A DNA stretch of 63,741 bases, the filler included, from Chrysochromulina tobinii (Eukaryota), in assembly GCA_001275005.1 (NCBI GenBank). It is 7 parts of 7 records of this genome, joined end to end, with 100 filler letters (N's around TTAATTAATTAA, not from the genome) between each part and the next. Parts side by side here need not be neighbours in the genome. Positions count along the whole stretch, not along the records: positions 1 to 13,939 come from JWZX01001419.1; positions 14,040 to 25,684 come from JWZX01001421.1; 5 more parts are not named here. One strand, given 5' to 3'. The position numbers and the translations under genes were made by a program. Below, piece by piece: positions 10,501-21,457 of this stretch (position 1 is the first letter of the stretch; every line of letters begins with the position of its first letter). The notes under the pieces were generated by a model, which saw only the letters and a list, made by a program, of their open reading frames with translations, did no database searches and was not told the origin of the DNA.

Positions 10501-13500
10501 CCAATGGGACTCATCGCGACGGTCATCCAGTAGACCGAGCGCACGTACGCGTGGAAGGGGCTCATCTCGTCATCGGGAGATGCAATCTCGTCATCTCGTA
10601 TGAGCTCGCGCAGGTACACCGCGTCCCATGTGAGCCACGAGCCGCCCGTCCCGAAGTCGGACGCGCCAGCGAATGCATTGTCGCTCCGGACGAGGCCAAG
10701 CCACAGAAAGAGGCACCCGCTCCAGTGTAACCAAATGAGCCAGAAGAGGATCAGGTAGATCATGCGACGGATATGTAAGGACGGTGAGAGTGAGGGACGT
10801 TTCTGATGAATGTGGAAAAAGATCTCGCCAATCCAACTGCTAGTGCAGCGGAGGCGCACCAGCCGCGGCAGCATGAGGAACGGCGTTCCCGAAGGCGAAG
10901 GGTTCCACACGTAGCCTCCCCACTCCCATGGCAGGCAACACAGGACGTCGACGGCGATCCCAAGCCAGGCAAACCTGGAGCGGTCGCTCCGTCTCGATTC
11001 CTCGCGCTGGAGCTTCCCTGGGGGCATGAGCCAGTTGAGCTCGAGCGCGGCGACACACGCGGGGTTGTGCTGGCTCCACAGCTGCAGCCAAAGGACGACA
11101 TACGTCACTACGTCGGCGACCAGCCACCATGGGTTGAGGCCGGCGCGTCCCTCAAATGCGCAGCGGAGAGGGAGCACGAGGGCGAGGTAGCCGGCGGTGA
11201 GCAAGCGCAGCGTGAGCCAAAGGAATGGCAGCGTCTCTCCGCGCGACGCCCGGCTGTCCACTGCCGGCGCCTGGCTCATGATCCCCTTCGACGCCTGCAC
11301 GCCCATGACGGCGCGTTCTGCCGAGCGGCCGACGAAGAATCCGGTTGCAGACTGAGCCGACTGCTCGACGGCATGCTCACCGCCGTGATTGGTCGCCGCG
11401 CCACCGGCCATGACGCTGTCCACAGAGTGCCCAAGCTTAGCATGCATGTCAATCTCTGTCGACGGCGCGGGCTCCGTAGGAGGGGGCTCCGACTCGGGCG
11501 GTGTGGAGGGGGGGGAGGGAGGTGGCTCGCTGATGCCACCCACATCGCTGCCGGCACCCACAGACCACTGAACGAGCCGGGGTGCCGGCTCACTTGCCCG
11601 GAGCGGTGCTGCGTCAGGCATTGTGGGTGATAAGAAGGGCGATTGCGAGGAGGCAGCAGCTTCGCGCGCCGCAAGCAGCTGCACCACGTCGTTGCAGTGC
11701 AAGGCATGTACCTCCACGAAAGTCGCCGCTCGAAAGTCGGTGCGCGCTTGAACCACGCGCGTCGCAGCGGAAGGTAGGATGCAGTCACCCTCGTCGTATG
11801 CGCGGATCTGGCGGAGGCGATTGGCCGCGCGCTTTCGCCAGCGAGCGCTTAACGAATTCTCGGACAACACGCTGCGCTTCTGCGAACCCTCGGCCAAGGG
11901 GGAACCAGCGGCGCCACTCGAATTCTCCCTGACGGAGGCGTCTTCACATTCTTCCATCATTCCAAACTCAAGGACCATCCCTCGGACGAGCAGCCACGCG
12001 GTCGAGCACGTCTGCGGGACGATCGTGAGGGTGCCATCATCGGCGACGGACGAGCACTTGAGCAGATGCTCGTCCGTCGTGTAGATCACGGGGTAGAGCA
12101 GCCCGGCGAGGGCCGCGATCGTGTCCGCGTCCAAGCTGGCAAACGAGGGGATCGAGCGGAGCAGCTTGTGATTGAGTGCGAAGCGTACCTCGGAGCGGAG
12201 GGATGCAGGCAGCCCCGCAAAGAAGGTGCTCTCGTCGGCTCCTCTCAGGAAGAGCCATTGGTACTGCAGGTACTCCTGGATGCGCCTCGCGAGCTCCGGG
12301 GGGATCTTGTGTCTCTTGATGAAGGCGTCGGCACGCTCAACGCGCGCGAGCCACGTCTCCTTGAGCATGTTTGAGCCCTTGAGAGCCGGAATCAGTAGGC
12401 CGATCGAAGTACAGGCCGCAACCGTTGCCACAATTGAGGTGCAGACGTAGAAGATCAACTCTTCCAGCTTGGTGGGCACTATGTCACCGAAGCCGACGGT
12501 CGTAATCGTATTGGTTGCCCAGTGCAGCGCTCGCGCATAGTAGATCCAGGGATCTAACGGCCACCGAGACTCGAGCGCGAGCAAGTGAGACTAGGGAGAC
12601 TCAATCTGGGGAGACTCGATCTGGGGAGACTCGATCTGGGGAGACTCGATCTGGGGAGACTTGAGCGCGAGCACGCGAGTTGAGCAGCCAAGCACTCGGG
12701 CGCTGCGGCGGGCGCGGTGTCGTGCGTCAGCCATCCGGCGGCGGCGCACCCGACGGAGGCGGAGCGCGCTCAGCATCCCGACTTCTACACGTTTGAGGCA
12801 CCCACGAGCTGCCTAAAGCGACAAAGTCGACGTCCTGCCAGCCCGGCTCGTCGTCGACCCAGGTCCCCACCGCCTGCCATCCGCACGCAAACAGATGCAA
12901 CAGCAGGATGTACATGGGGAAGTAGGAAGTGATTCGAGCCCAGCCAACGGTGAAGCCCGCCTTGAAGCGCAGAAACCAGTAGGTCCCGCCAACCGGATTG
13001 CCTCGGGTGTTGGCGAGGCGCAGCAGGCGCAGAAGCGAGACATTCGTCCAGGTGCGCAGCGATGCATTGCTGAGCAGAAAGACCAGGTCGATCGGCATCC
13101 ACGCCAGTAGCCGGCGAAGGATCTCGAGGATGGCGATGCAGAGGCGGAAGGAGCGCCAGAACGGGGTGCCCTCCCCCTCGCCGCTAGCCTCCTCCTCTGC
13201 CTGCCTGACCGCTCCGATCGTCCGGTGCTCGACGAGCTCGGTCGGCGGAAGAAGCTGCCCCTGGGAGCGGGCGGCGCGGCGTCGAACATGCTCGCGCACC
13301 AGCGGCGTGATGCGGAGTGCGAGGAAAGCGACGTCCACGAGGTAGAGAGAGACGCAGTAGTTAGCAAGCTCTGGATACTGCAACGCCGGCCGGTCTGCGT
13401 ACTCGCCCCAGGTGGTCGACGTGAAACATGCGCGGAAGGGGAGCAGAAAGCCGTGCAAGATGCCGAAGACGCCGCTGCCCAAGTCGAACAAGGATTCTCT

Positions 13501-13848
13501 CCAGTTGCTCGCTGCTTCATTCTGAGCTTTGAGCTCCTCCAGTTGAGATGAATCATGTGAGACGTCCAGCACCGCGTGGGCCACTGAACGCCGGCGACCG
13601 CCCGGCTTCTGGCGAGCTACGGCTGGCGACTGCCAAGCACAAGCATCGGCCATGAGCGGCGGGCGCTTTTCCGGGGAAGGCGATTTTTCGGCGCTGGGCT
13701 GAGCGTGACGGCGCCAGTGGCGAAGCGTGACGGCGCACAGGCGAAGCGTGACGGCGCACTGGTGTAGCGCTTCGTTCGTCGTCACGATGTCACTGAACCT
13801 TCCCAAGTCAGAGGAGCTCGTCATTGAAGATGCCGAGCTTCGCTCCAT
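4514..13848 (-). CDS. Four-repeat cyclic-nucleotide-gated/EAG-like cation channel (CNGK-like architecture), ~2,880 aa; exons approx. 13848-12802, 12590-10188, 9904-7821, 7744-7459, 7342-4514
   Basis: Four S4 segments (LLRLLRL, LPRLVRLR, VRLPLL, LLRLPRLLR), four pore loops (TTVGFGD, SPIGFGD, FVVIGD, ASIGSGD), each followed by a C-linker (LP.xL..E/D) and a CNBD. Proposed exons sum to 8649 nt, in frame. Intron 1 boundaries and the start (13848 vs 13935) are uncertain. Confidence 0.85.
12594..12661. repeat. 15-bp tandem repeat GGGAGACTCGATCTG x~4.5 in channel intron 1
   Basis: Directly visible; flanked by a duplicated GAGACT(C/T)GAGCGCGAGCA segment. Confidence 0.9.
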
Positions 13849-13939
13849 ACTTGCGAAGATCGCAAAGCGATCAGCTGGCGGCCGCGCGGTGAGTGGCCGA
13901 TACAACAAGCATGACACGGCGCGGCTTCGCTTCATCCGC

Positions 13940-14039
13940 NNNNNNNNNNNNNNNNNNNNNNNNNNNNNNNNNNNNNNNNNNNNTTAATTAATTAANNNNN
14001 NNNNNNNNNNNNNNNNNNNNNNNNNNNNNNNNNNNNNNN
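13940..14039. other. Artificial contig linker
   Basis: 44 N + TTAATTAATTAA (stops in six frames) + 44 N. Confidence 0.99.
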
Positions 14040-14434
14040 CATCGCCCGGCTGGTTGTGAGAGCCGATAAAGGCCGGAGAGCCGTCTGGAACTATCGAGTC
14101 CATGACGTCTACAACGCCACTCACGAGTGTGCCCCGCCACGTTGCGCGTTGCACGGCCGGTCGTTCACGTGCGCCGGTCAGAAGACTTAGCTAATAGCTA
14201 AGACTTAGCTACGCCTACGGTACTAATATTAACTCTTCGCCTGAGGCGCCAACCAAACCGTCTTGTTACTCTTTCTAGATGACCCCCAGCACGATTCGGA
14301 GCCGTCCTCGGAGTGTGTCGCGGACCGAAGATACCGTCCGGGGTCTGAGTTTGTTCGGTTAGATGATTAGACGGTTCGAGTTGTTAGACGAGCACACCAC
14401 TTTGGGTCCTCAGGACCGGAAGTACAACTGGAGC

Positions 14435-15077
14435 TCATGGAGCGAGTGATCTCAAGGTCCACATCCCATCCTTGAGCCAATGCGTATTCTCGACGGCGAT
14501 TCCTTTGTTGTCGGCCGCGATCTGCTCAGACGACATTGTGGTCACGCCGATCGCGAGCGCGTGCTCCTTCCCCTCTGCGAAGATGCCCACCAGCGACTCT
14601 GCGGGCACAGGGTCCATATGACCGCCCGGCGAGGTGAGCCCGGGTGCCATGATGTTGGCGCCTGAGAGCACGAAGCGGATCGCGCCGCGGTCCACGCGGA
14701 ACTTGGGCAGGATGTCCGGATACTGGTGCAAGAGCCTCAGCGTCGGCAGCCATGGCCCCTGGCGGCACTGGAAGAAGATGAACTCGTTGTCGGGTGCTGG
14801 GCCGACGAGCACCTGGATGTTATCTTTGCATTTGCACATGATGAGGGAATCCTTTTTGGGCATAATCTCCTCGATGTACTCCTCGAGCGCTGGAAACTGC
14901 TGCAAAATCGTGGCTTTGATCTGCCGCTGGTCTGACGAGCGCACCGGCGCACTGGTTCGTATGTGCTCCTCCTTAGTGAACTGCGCACGCACGCCGGAGT
15001 TGCGAGTCAGACGATGTTTGTGGGCGGTGCTACTGTGTGCGAGGTGTCGAGAAAGGAGCACGTGCCTTGCGGAACAT
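14435..15077 (-). CDS. MCTS1: MCT-1/Tma20 translation reinitiation factor (pre-PUA + PUA); exon 1 15077-15066, exon 2 14980-14435
   Basis: MFRK|FTKEE..., PTLRLLHQYP, VDRGAIRFVLSGANIMAPGLTSPGG, AEGKEHALAIG, KGIAVENTHWLKDGMW; an 85-bp GC-AG intron restores the conserved MFxKF start. Confidence 0.93.
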
Positions 15078-15247
15078 GGTGCCGCGGATGTCGCGCCTAG
15101 AGCGAGTTCTTCCAATCCTGAAGAAAGAAGATGAATGCCCTCATCCAGGCCCCTACGTACACACGCCCCTTCGGTGAACTTCAACCTCTTCAACGAAATA
15201 TCAGTTCCACCGTCCGTTTTGTAAAACTCGTCTTCAACTTCGAAACG

Positions 15248-15976
15248 ATGGCTAAGCGGACAGCGGTGAGTGTCGACCCTCGCAGGGACTCGCGCCTGTG
15301 GAGCGAAGTGATCAAGACCGAGCAGAGCTTCATCCGGCGCTACCCAACCTCCCAGGAGCTGCAGGCCGCCAAGAAGAACGACGACATCACGGACATCCGC
15401 AAGATTACGAAGCAGCTAGAGCTGTGCAGTGCTGACTATTTATGGACGACCGAGGATGCCTCACCCGTCTCCATCACGGCGCCTACGCCAGCACCTGAAA
15501 AATGCGCTATGACGCAGCTCGCCGAGGGCGTGGGCGACGTGGAGACGACCTTCATGCGGCGGCGGCCGGACCCGTCTGATGGTGCTCGCCGAGCTGCGAC
15601 CGAGCAACATCCGACGATTGCGCCGTGGCAGATGTACGTCGACTGCTCGTACTGGAATAAGGACGCGCTCAACCGCTGGAACGCCCTTCAGCGCACCCAC
15701 GTGCTGCAGATGCCCGAGGTCAAACAACTCCGGCGCGTCGAGCCGACCATCTCGGGGCCGCACGCGGGGAGCGTGGTCGCGTGGCGCCGTAACGAGGTGC
15801 CCATCTCGCAGTGGGAGGCTTCTAAACGCGCCGAGGCTCTCTTCGAGGCCAAAAAGGTCGCCGCGACCGTCGAGGCGTCCGTCTCCAAGGTGGCACTCGC
15901 CGCCCTCCTCGATAAGGCGATGCACGTGTCGGGGAGTTATCCCTCCCCCCAGCGCGCAAAGTGGTTTGAGAGGTAG
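15248..15976 (+). CDS. Hypothetical protein (242 aa), divergent from MCT-1
   Basis: Clean ORF with coding-type codon bias; no domain recognised. Confidence 0.65.
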   Translation: MAKRTAVSVDPRRDSRLWSEVIKTEQSFIRRYPTSQELQAAKKNDDITDIRKITKQLELCSADYLWTTEDASPVSITAPTPAPEKCAMTQLAEGVGDVETTFMRRRPDPSDGARRAATEQHPTIAPWQMYVDCSYWNKDALNRWNALQRTHVLQMPEVKQLRRVEPTISGPHAGSVVAWRRNEVPISQWEASKRAEALFEAKKVAATVEASVSKVALAALLDKAMHVSGSYPSPQRAKWFER

Positions 15977-16275
15977 GTAGGAGCCCCAATACAATTACAA
16001 TTTCAGCTTTGAGGTGAAGCCGCGCCGTGGTAACCCACGCGTGAAGTCTCGGAGCGGAGTGACCTCCGTTGCTCCGAAGCTGTGGCCCCTATAACAGAAA
16101 ACTTCAGAAAACACGCAACAAAACACGTGGCCTAAGCGTCCACACAATTTGTAACCATCACACGGAAGCGGAAGTCGCCCACAGGACATTTTGCTGTGAG
16201 CGCACTTTGCTTCCGCGGACTGTGGGAAGACGAGTTCTCACGGATCTCAGTTTTCTCGCCCAACGAACGAAGCAA

Positions 16276-17163
16276 ATGCTCACGATTTCCTTCATACCTT
16301 TGGCCTTCTGCGCACCTCGGACCTTCTCTCATCCAGTGCGCGTGTACATTGAGGATACCGACGCATACCAAGTCGTTTATCACGGCAACTACCTGCGATT
16401 TTTCGAGAGAGCAGCGGCTGCTACGATAGCCGGAACAGCGCAAGTTGGCAAGCTTCTCCGTTCAGATGGGCTGGGCTTCGCGCTCTTATCGGCAAGTGGA
16501 CTCAAGTACTCAGCGCCAGCTGTGCTTGGCGATGCTTGTCATGTCGATTTAGAGCCGCACGAGACTACAGAAGCCGACGGCATCGTATCTTGTGCGGCTG
16601 CACTGATCCGCAACCGTGATGGTGAGGTTCTGTGCACCGCGAGTGATCTGCGGCTGGGCTGGGTGGGCGCAGACTCTGCCATCGCCGCCTGTGCCGGCGA
16701 GCCTCTGGGTGAGTATCCGGCAGCGTGTGAGTCGCCCGAGCTTCTGGAGCCGCTCTCCCTGCAGCTTGACGAGTGCTCGCCGGTGGGTACGCTCGGCATG
16801 CATGCGGCTGTGCGCTACTTCGAGCGCCACCGCACGCACTACCTTGGCGGACCCGAGAACTTAGCCGCCATGGCGGACACCGGCGTCAACGTCGTCGTGG
16901 CCAGAATCAACTGGTTGCGGCTGCTGCCCGAGGCACATCGTACGCGTGCAGGCGCGCCTCTTGTGCTGCGCTGCCGCGTGACGCTCAAGGCGCGGCAGGT
17001 CTTGTTTGAGCAGTGGCTGCTGCGCAAGGAGGACGCCGCCGATGGCATGCTGACGCCCGTCGCACGAGCGGACGTAACCTGCCTGTGCGTCGACGCGGCC
17101 GCTGGCCGCTTAGTGGCTGCGCCACCAATGGTAGTCGAACGGCTGAAGACGTACATGATATGA
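16276..17163 (+). CDS. Tandem hotdog-fold acyl-CoA/ACP thioesterase (YbgC/4HBT-like) with signal-like N-terminus
   Basis: VRVYIEDTDAYQVVYHGNYLRFFERA is the YbgC motif; second degenerate hotdog LDECSPVG...RYFERHRT; N-terminus MLTISFIPLAFCA. Confidence 0.85.
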   Translation: MLTISFIPLAFCAPRTFSHPVRVYIEDTDAYQVVYHGNYLRFFERAAAATIAGTAQVGKLLRSDGLGFALLSASGLKYSAPAVLGDACHVDLEPHETTEADGIVSCAAALIRNRDGEVLCTASDLRLGWVGADSAIAACAGEPLGEYPAACESPELLEPLSLQLDECSPVGTLGMHAAVRYFERHRTHYLGGPENLAAMADTGVNVVVARINWLRLLPEAHRTRAGAPLVLRCRVTLKARQVLFEQWLLRKEDAADGMLTPVARADVTCLCVDAAAGRLVAAPPMVVERLKTYMI

Positions 17164-17319
17164 TATGCTATCGCCATGTTAAGGCGCGCCCTGACAAGTG
17201 ACATAAAATAGCGCTCCTCACATTGTCTCAAGGACATCATATAAGGGTAGTCATGAATGTTCAGATGATTCTTAAATTCTGCGTCAGACTCTCTCAGTCT
17301 CACCGTCTCTCACCGTCTC

Positions 17320-17901
17320 TCAGGTCGGGGCGATCCCACTATACACACGCTGACACGATCCCGATAGCGCTGGCATCGGGACGCGGCACAGGGGGCATCG
17401 CACACGAGGTGTCGTGCGCCCATAGGCGCGGAGGCATTCGCCGCAGAAGCTGTGCTCATTCTCGCAAGCGATAGGTTCGGCGACCTGCTCCATGCAAATT
17501 GGACAGGCACCGCGGTCGTTGGCATCTGAATGATCCGACGAACTCGCGATGAAATCGGAGCGCTGATTTTGTGCTCGCGAACTCATTTGTTGGATAGCAG
17601 CCGCCACCTCCGCTGCCACCTCGAGGGCTTCGCTGAGCATGGTGCCAGTTATCTCGAGCTGCTCCTGGTTTGTGCGTGGAGTGTACAGCGTATAGCAGCT
17701 GCGCGGCGATCGGTATGTGGCCAGCCGCTTCTCTCTCGAGCTGATAGGCGAGGTTGTAAGGTTCAGAGGCGAGCTGATTGGCGAGGTTGTAAGCTGCAGT
17801 GGCGGGACGATCGGCATGCTGCGCCGCCGCTCCAAAAGTGGCGCAACTTGCGCGGCGGATCTCGGCAATTTTGAGGGCGTTCCGGTTGTGAGCCGAAACA
17901 T
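17320..17901 (-). CDS. C3HC4 RING-finger protein (start uncertain)
   Basis: CPIC...CENEHSFCGEC...CPLCR at the C-terminus. Confidence 0.8.
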   Translation of the reverse strand: MFRLTTGTPSKLPRSAAQVAPLLERRRSMPIVPPLQLTTSPISSPLNLTTSPISSREKRLATYRSPRSCYTLYTPRTNQEQLEITGTMLSEALEVAAEVAAAIQQMSSRAQNQRSDFIASSSDHSDANDRGACPICMEQVAEPIACENEHSFCGECLRAYGRTTPRVRCPLCRVPMPALSGSCQRVYSGIAPT

Positions 17902-18007
17902 GTAACGACACTTCCTCTCGTACAAAAGCACTGCATGGATGCGGGGGAGTACGGTGGGGGGGGTCTCACCGTGTTGTGTTTGGAAAGGGAGCCCACCGCC
18001 CGCGTTC

Positions 18008-18457
18008 ATGGAGACGGCGACAGCCTCGGAGCCCGACGAGGCCACGCTGCAGCTCGCAACTCATCAGCTAGATGCACTGATCACGCAGCGAGAACAGCGT
18101 TTGCAGCGCCAAGCACGCATCAAGACGCCGAGTCCAGCCATACAGAGCTACCGAGGCAAGAATCACGTTCTCATCTCACGGCGCAGCAAGCGAGTGTCGG
18201 TGCGTGCACGCTTGCGCAAGTTGCTCGAATCCGGTCAATTTAGGGAGGTGCACGTGCACGGGCTTGGTGCGGCGCTGGCTCTAGCGGTGGCAATTTCTGC
18301 GGAAATGGAGCTGGAGAGCGACGGCATGCTTGTGGCGCACGCTCGCACCTCCACTGAGGCAGTCATCGACCAGTTTGTCGAAGAGCACGAGGATGGACGC
18401 ACCGGCGCTGTGCGGCACAACTCGGCAATTCACATCACCCTACGGCGGACAGTATGA
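18008..18457 (+). CDS. POP7: RNase P/MRP subunit Rpp20 (Alba family)
   Basis: NHVLISRRS, EVHVHGLGAAL..AV, TSTE.VID, VRHNSAIHITL. Confidence 0.85.
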   Translation: METATASEPDEATLQLATHQLDALITQREQRLQRQARIKTPSPAIQSYRGKNHVLISRRSKRVSVRARLRKLLESGQFREVHVHGLGAALALAVAISAEMELESDGMLVAHARTSTEAVIDQFVEEHEDGRTGAVRHNSAIHITLRRTV

Positions 18458-18746
18458 GCTTTTGTTTATGTAGGCAGTGGTAGGAGCGCAACTCACCTGG
18501 ATGGACGGATCGCAACACCAGGAGTGTAGCTACCCAAGTGCTACATCCGATGTAGCCGAGTGTCCATCGACGAGTCGAGTCGCAGAGTCGCAAGGAGCGA
18601 AGAGAGTCGGCCGGTCCCTTCGTTTAGAATGTTGCACGCAATTTGGGTGCGAAAGCGGAAAGGTGTTTTCTTACTCCGCTTTTTTACGTCTGGGTGCGTC
18701 CGCGCGGTCCTGCATGAGCGTCGGCCTTGGCCTCTGGGCTTGTGAT

Positions 18747-19499
18747 CTATCCACTCTCATCCGCGTGCGCCGCATCGTTGCTCTTCGGTGTGGTCGCTTG
18801 CTCGTCTTCTCGTAATGACGTTGGTGCTGCGATCTTTGGAGGCATGTGGCGATTTGGCGGCTGCATCCTAGCGAGGGCATCACGCAAGTGAAAGCCGAAG
18901 CCAGTATTGGCAATCGTAATGAGGCCAGCGATGGCGCAGCTCCAACTACCGCTCGTCAACGCAATCGTCGCCGCGAAAAGTTGTAGCGTCACCCGGCCGC
19001 TCGACGTGGTTGCAAATCGGAAGTGGCGCCGCAGCAGTCGCCGCAGAAATGGCAGCCGAACCTGGTCCACGAGGAGCAAGGTGCCCAGCAAGCTCAGCCA
19101 AAAGCTCATCACCAGCCCGCGTATCGCCGCCAAGCCGCCCAGTCCGACGATCCGAAACTGCATCGGCGCGGATAGCAGCAGCAAAGCGCCATTGCCAGCA
19201 TCCGCTGCTCGTCGCAGGCGACGAAGCTGCCCCGGCGAGAGCATCGACAAGCCGGCAAAGCCGACCCGCGGGAGCTTGCCATGCGTCCGGCCGCGCGGTC
19301 GATCTCTTGGAATGTCTGCTCGCGCGGCCGCGGCCTCTGCTGCCAGCTCCGCTGCTATTCTCGCTTTCTCCGCTGATCTCGCTTCACTGAACGCCTCGCT
19401 GAGGTTCTCTTGACGTCCTTCTGCAGCTTCTCCCGGTCTAGGGCGCTCAGCCGACACGACGGCGCCCATGTAAAGGATTAGGAGCAGCGGACGCGTCAT
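18747..19499 (-). CDS. COPI-associated/TVP15-like Golgi membrane protein
   Basis: Signal peptide, several TM helices, LRRHFRFATTSSGRVTLQLF resembling the F.FL....GRG motif. Confidence 0.6.
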   Translation of the reverse strand: MTRPLLLILYMGAVVSAERPRPGEAAEGRQENLSEAFSEARSAEKARIAAELAAEAAAARADIPRDRPRGRTHGKLPRVGFAGLSMLSPGQLRRLRRAADAGNGALLLLSAPMQFRIVGLGGLAAIRGLVMSFWLSLLGTLLLVDQVRLPFLRRLLRRHFRFATTSSGRVTLQLFAATIALTSGSWSCAIAGLITIANTGFGFHLRDALARMQPPNRHMPPKIAAPTSLREDEQATTPKSNDAAHADESG

Positions 19500-19728
19500 G
19501 TAGGCAAGTGCCGCACGCCACCACTAAATACGCTCGAGCTCACCAAGACAAAGCGGCTCCCAAGAGTTCTCCCAAGCACGACCCCCACGAACACGCACCT
19601 TCGTAGTTTCCCGGCGCCGTGTTGAACCGTGCGAACGGCGAGGAGCGTTCAGACATGGGGGGTGAGATGCGTTCTGACGTGGGACGAACACATTGACTGA
19701 CTGAACGATGACCGGACTCATCGAGGCT

Positions 19729-20787
19729 CTACATTACATGATTCCTCGAGGTACAACAAGTTACCCTCCCCATCGTCAAAGGCTCGTCCTCCGTGACCTC
19801 GGACGAGCTCGCCTGATACTCATCCTCGTCATCATCACCCTCCGTTGAGGTCGCCGGCGCCGCGGCGCCGCCCACCTTGTGGCGCTGCGATTGTACGAGT
19901 GACTCGTACGAGTACATGGCAATGGAGCCGATCGCCAAGGCCGCGCCGGCGAGCATACGGGGCGCTGGCGCCGAGTCGAAGAAGAGAAAGCCGCCAAGGA
20001 GCGTGAGCATCATCTTGGTCTGCCCGAGGAGCACGATGGCAAGGGCCGATGTGATCTGGATGGTCACGAGCGACGATACGTTGAGCGCAAACGCCGCCAC
20101 GGCCGAGAGCAGCAGCAGCAGGCCGCGCTGCGATGTCCACACGTAGCCCTCAAGCTCGGTCAGGCTAGACGGGTCGAGGAGCGGCAGGGAGAGCAGCAGG
20201 AGCGCGAGCTGCGGGGCCCACGTCTTGTACATGAGCTCGAGAGACGTCCAACTGTGCTGCTGCAGCACTTCTTGCTGGAGTACCTTGAGAACAGCGCTGG
20301 CACATGCCGACGCGAGCGCTGTCGCAGCGCCCACCGCAGTGAATTGCACGTCACTCACGGTGGCAAGGAAAACACCCGCACACGCGCCGACCAGCGCAAC
20401 CGCTTGGCGTGGCGGTGGCACCTTGTTGTACAGGCATCGCTCGAGCGCACAGATGAGTGGCGTGACTAAGATCTTGCTGAGTTGGTAGAGCCCGACGCTG
20501 TTGCGCGCAAGTGACAGGTTGGACATGCCATTGTGTAGCGCCCACACGGCCGTGACCAAATGGATGCGCTCGGCTGACGCGGCTGTGCGCCATCGTACAA
20601 AGCCAGCGGCCGCGAGAATGACCAGGAGGACGAGGTTCACCGCGTAGTGAATCGCCGTGAGCATCACCGGAAACCTGAACTGCGCCGTGGTGAAAACTGC
20701 CTTATTAGCGAACACGACGCCTATGCCCGAGGCCACATTGGAGAGAAGCACGGCCACTTGCTGCGCCACTACTTGTACGGCAAACAT
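19729..20787 (-). CDS. Nucleotide-sugar/triose-phosphate transporter family protein (SLC35E3-like)
   Basis: About 10 TM helices; VFANKAVF, FRFPVMLT, NLSLARNSVGLYQLSKILVTP, LGQTK. Confidence 0.9.
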   Translation of the reverse strand: MFAVQVVAQQVAVLLSNVASGIGVVFANKAVFTTAQFRFPVMLTAIHYAVNLVLLVILAAAGFVRWRTAASAERIHLVTAVWALHNGMSNLSLARNSVGLYQLSKILVTPLICALERCLYNKVPPPRQAVALVGACAGVFLATVSDVQFTAVGAATALASACASAVLKVLQQEVLQQHSWTSLELMYKTWAPQLALLLLSLPLLDPSSLTELEGYVWTSQRGLLLLLSAVAAFALNVSSLVTIQITSALAIVLLGQTKMMLTLLGGFLFFDSAPAPRMLAGAALAIGSIAMYSYESLVQSQRHKVGGAAAPATSTEGDDDEDEYQASSSEVTEDEPLTMGRVTCCTSRNHVM

Positions 20788-21457
20788 TTCGTGCAGGGCT
20801 CCGGGGCGCAGCCGATCATGAACCAGACTGCGGACACAGCAGGTGTGATGCTCCTTTGTGAATGGTCCGATTTCGAAAAAGACTCTTCGAAAAAACCCCT
20901 GTCAGGAGATCCTGTCGATTATAAACCCTTATCTGTCAACGTAAAAAATCGAAATACGAAGTCCCGCTTCTTGTGTGGGACCCCGATTCGGTGTGCTGAA
21001 CGAGAATGTGAATCGTGATGCTCCGCAGCCCACCGCCACCGATGATGGTGAGTGTGGTGTTTGTGTACAATCACGAAAAGCGTCGTACGAAGAAAACTCC
21101 AGTGAATATTACACGGCTACGGGAAGGATAACGGATAATTGGAATTTTTCTAGTTTCATGCGAATCCTCCGGAAAAAAATGCACGCCTCTCGCCTGTCCT
21201 GACTCTTGTCGTGCGGTTCCGGTGCGGGAGGTGCGAGGATGCGGCGGTGACCAATCGTTATTACGTATGCACCTCGCCCTCAACCCCCAGGGAAACCCCG
21301 GATTTATCACACAGACTACCAAACCACTCATAAAAAAACCAGGCCTAAAAAAAAGCCATAGCAAGTAACCTCGGACCGGACCGGTATATGAGGCATCAAT
21401 CCGCGTGAACTTCACGGCGTGATCGGTACCGTTTCAAAACATACATTATTGTAACGG

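Noticed and set aside
13940..14039. TTAATTAATTAA palindrome recurring six times within N runs
   Set aside because: Identical 44N-12-44N construct; an artificial six-frame-stop contig spacer.
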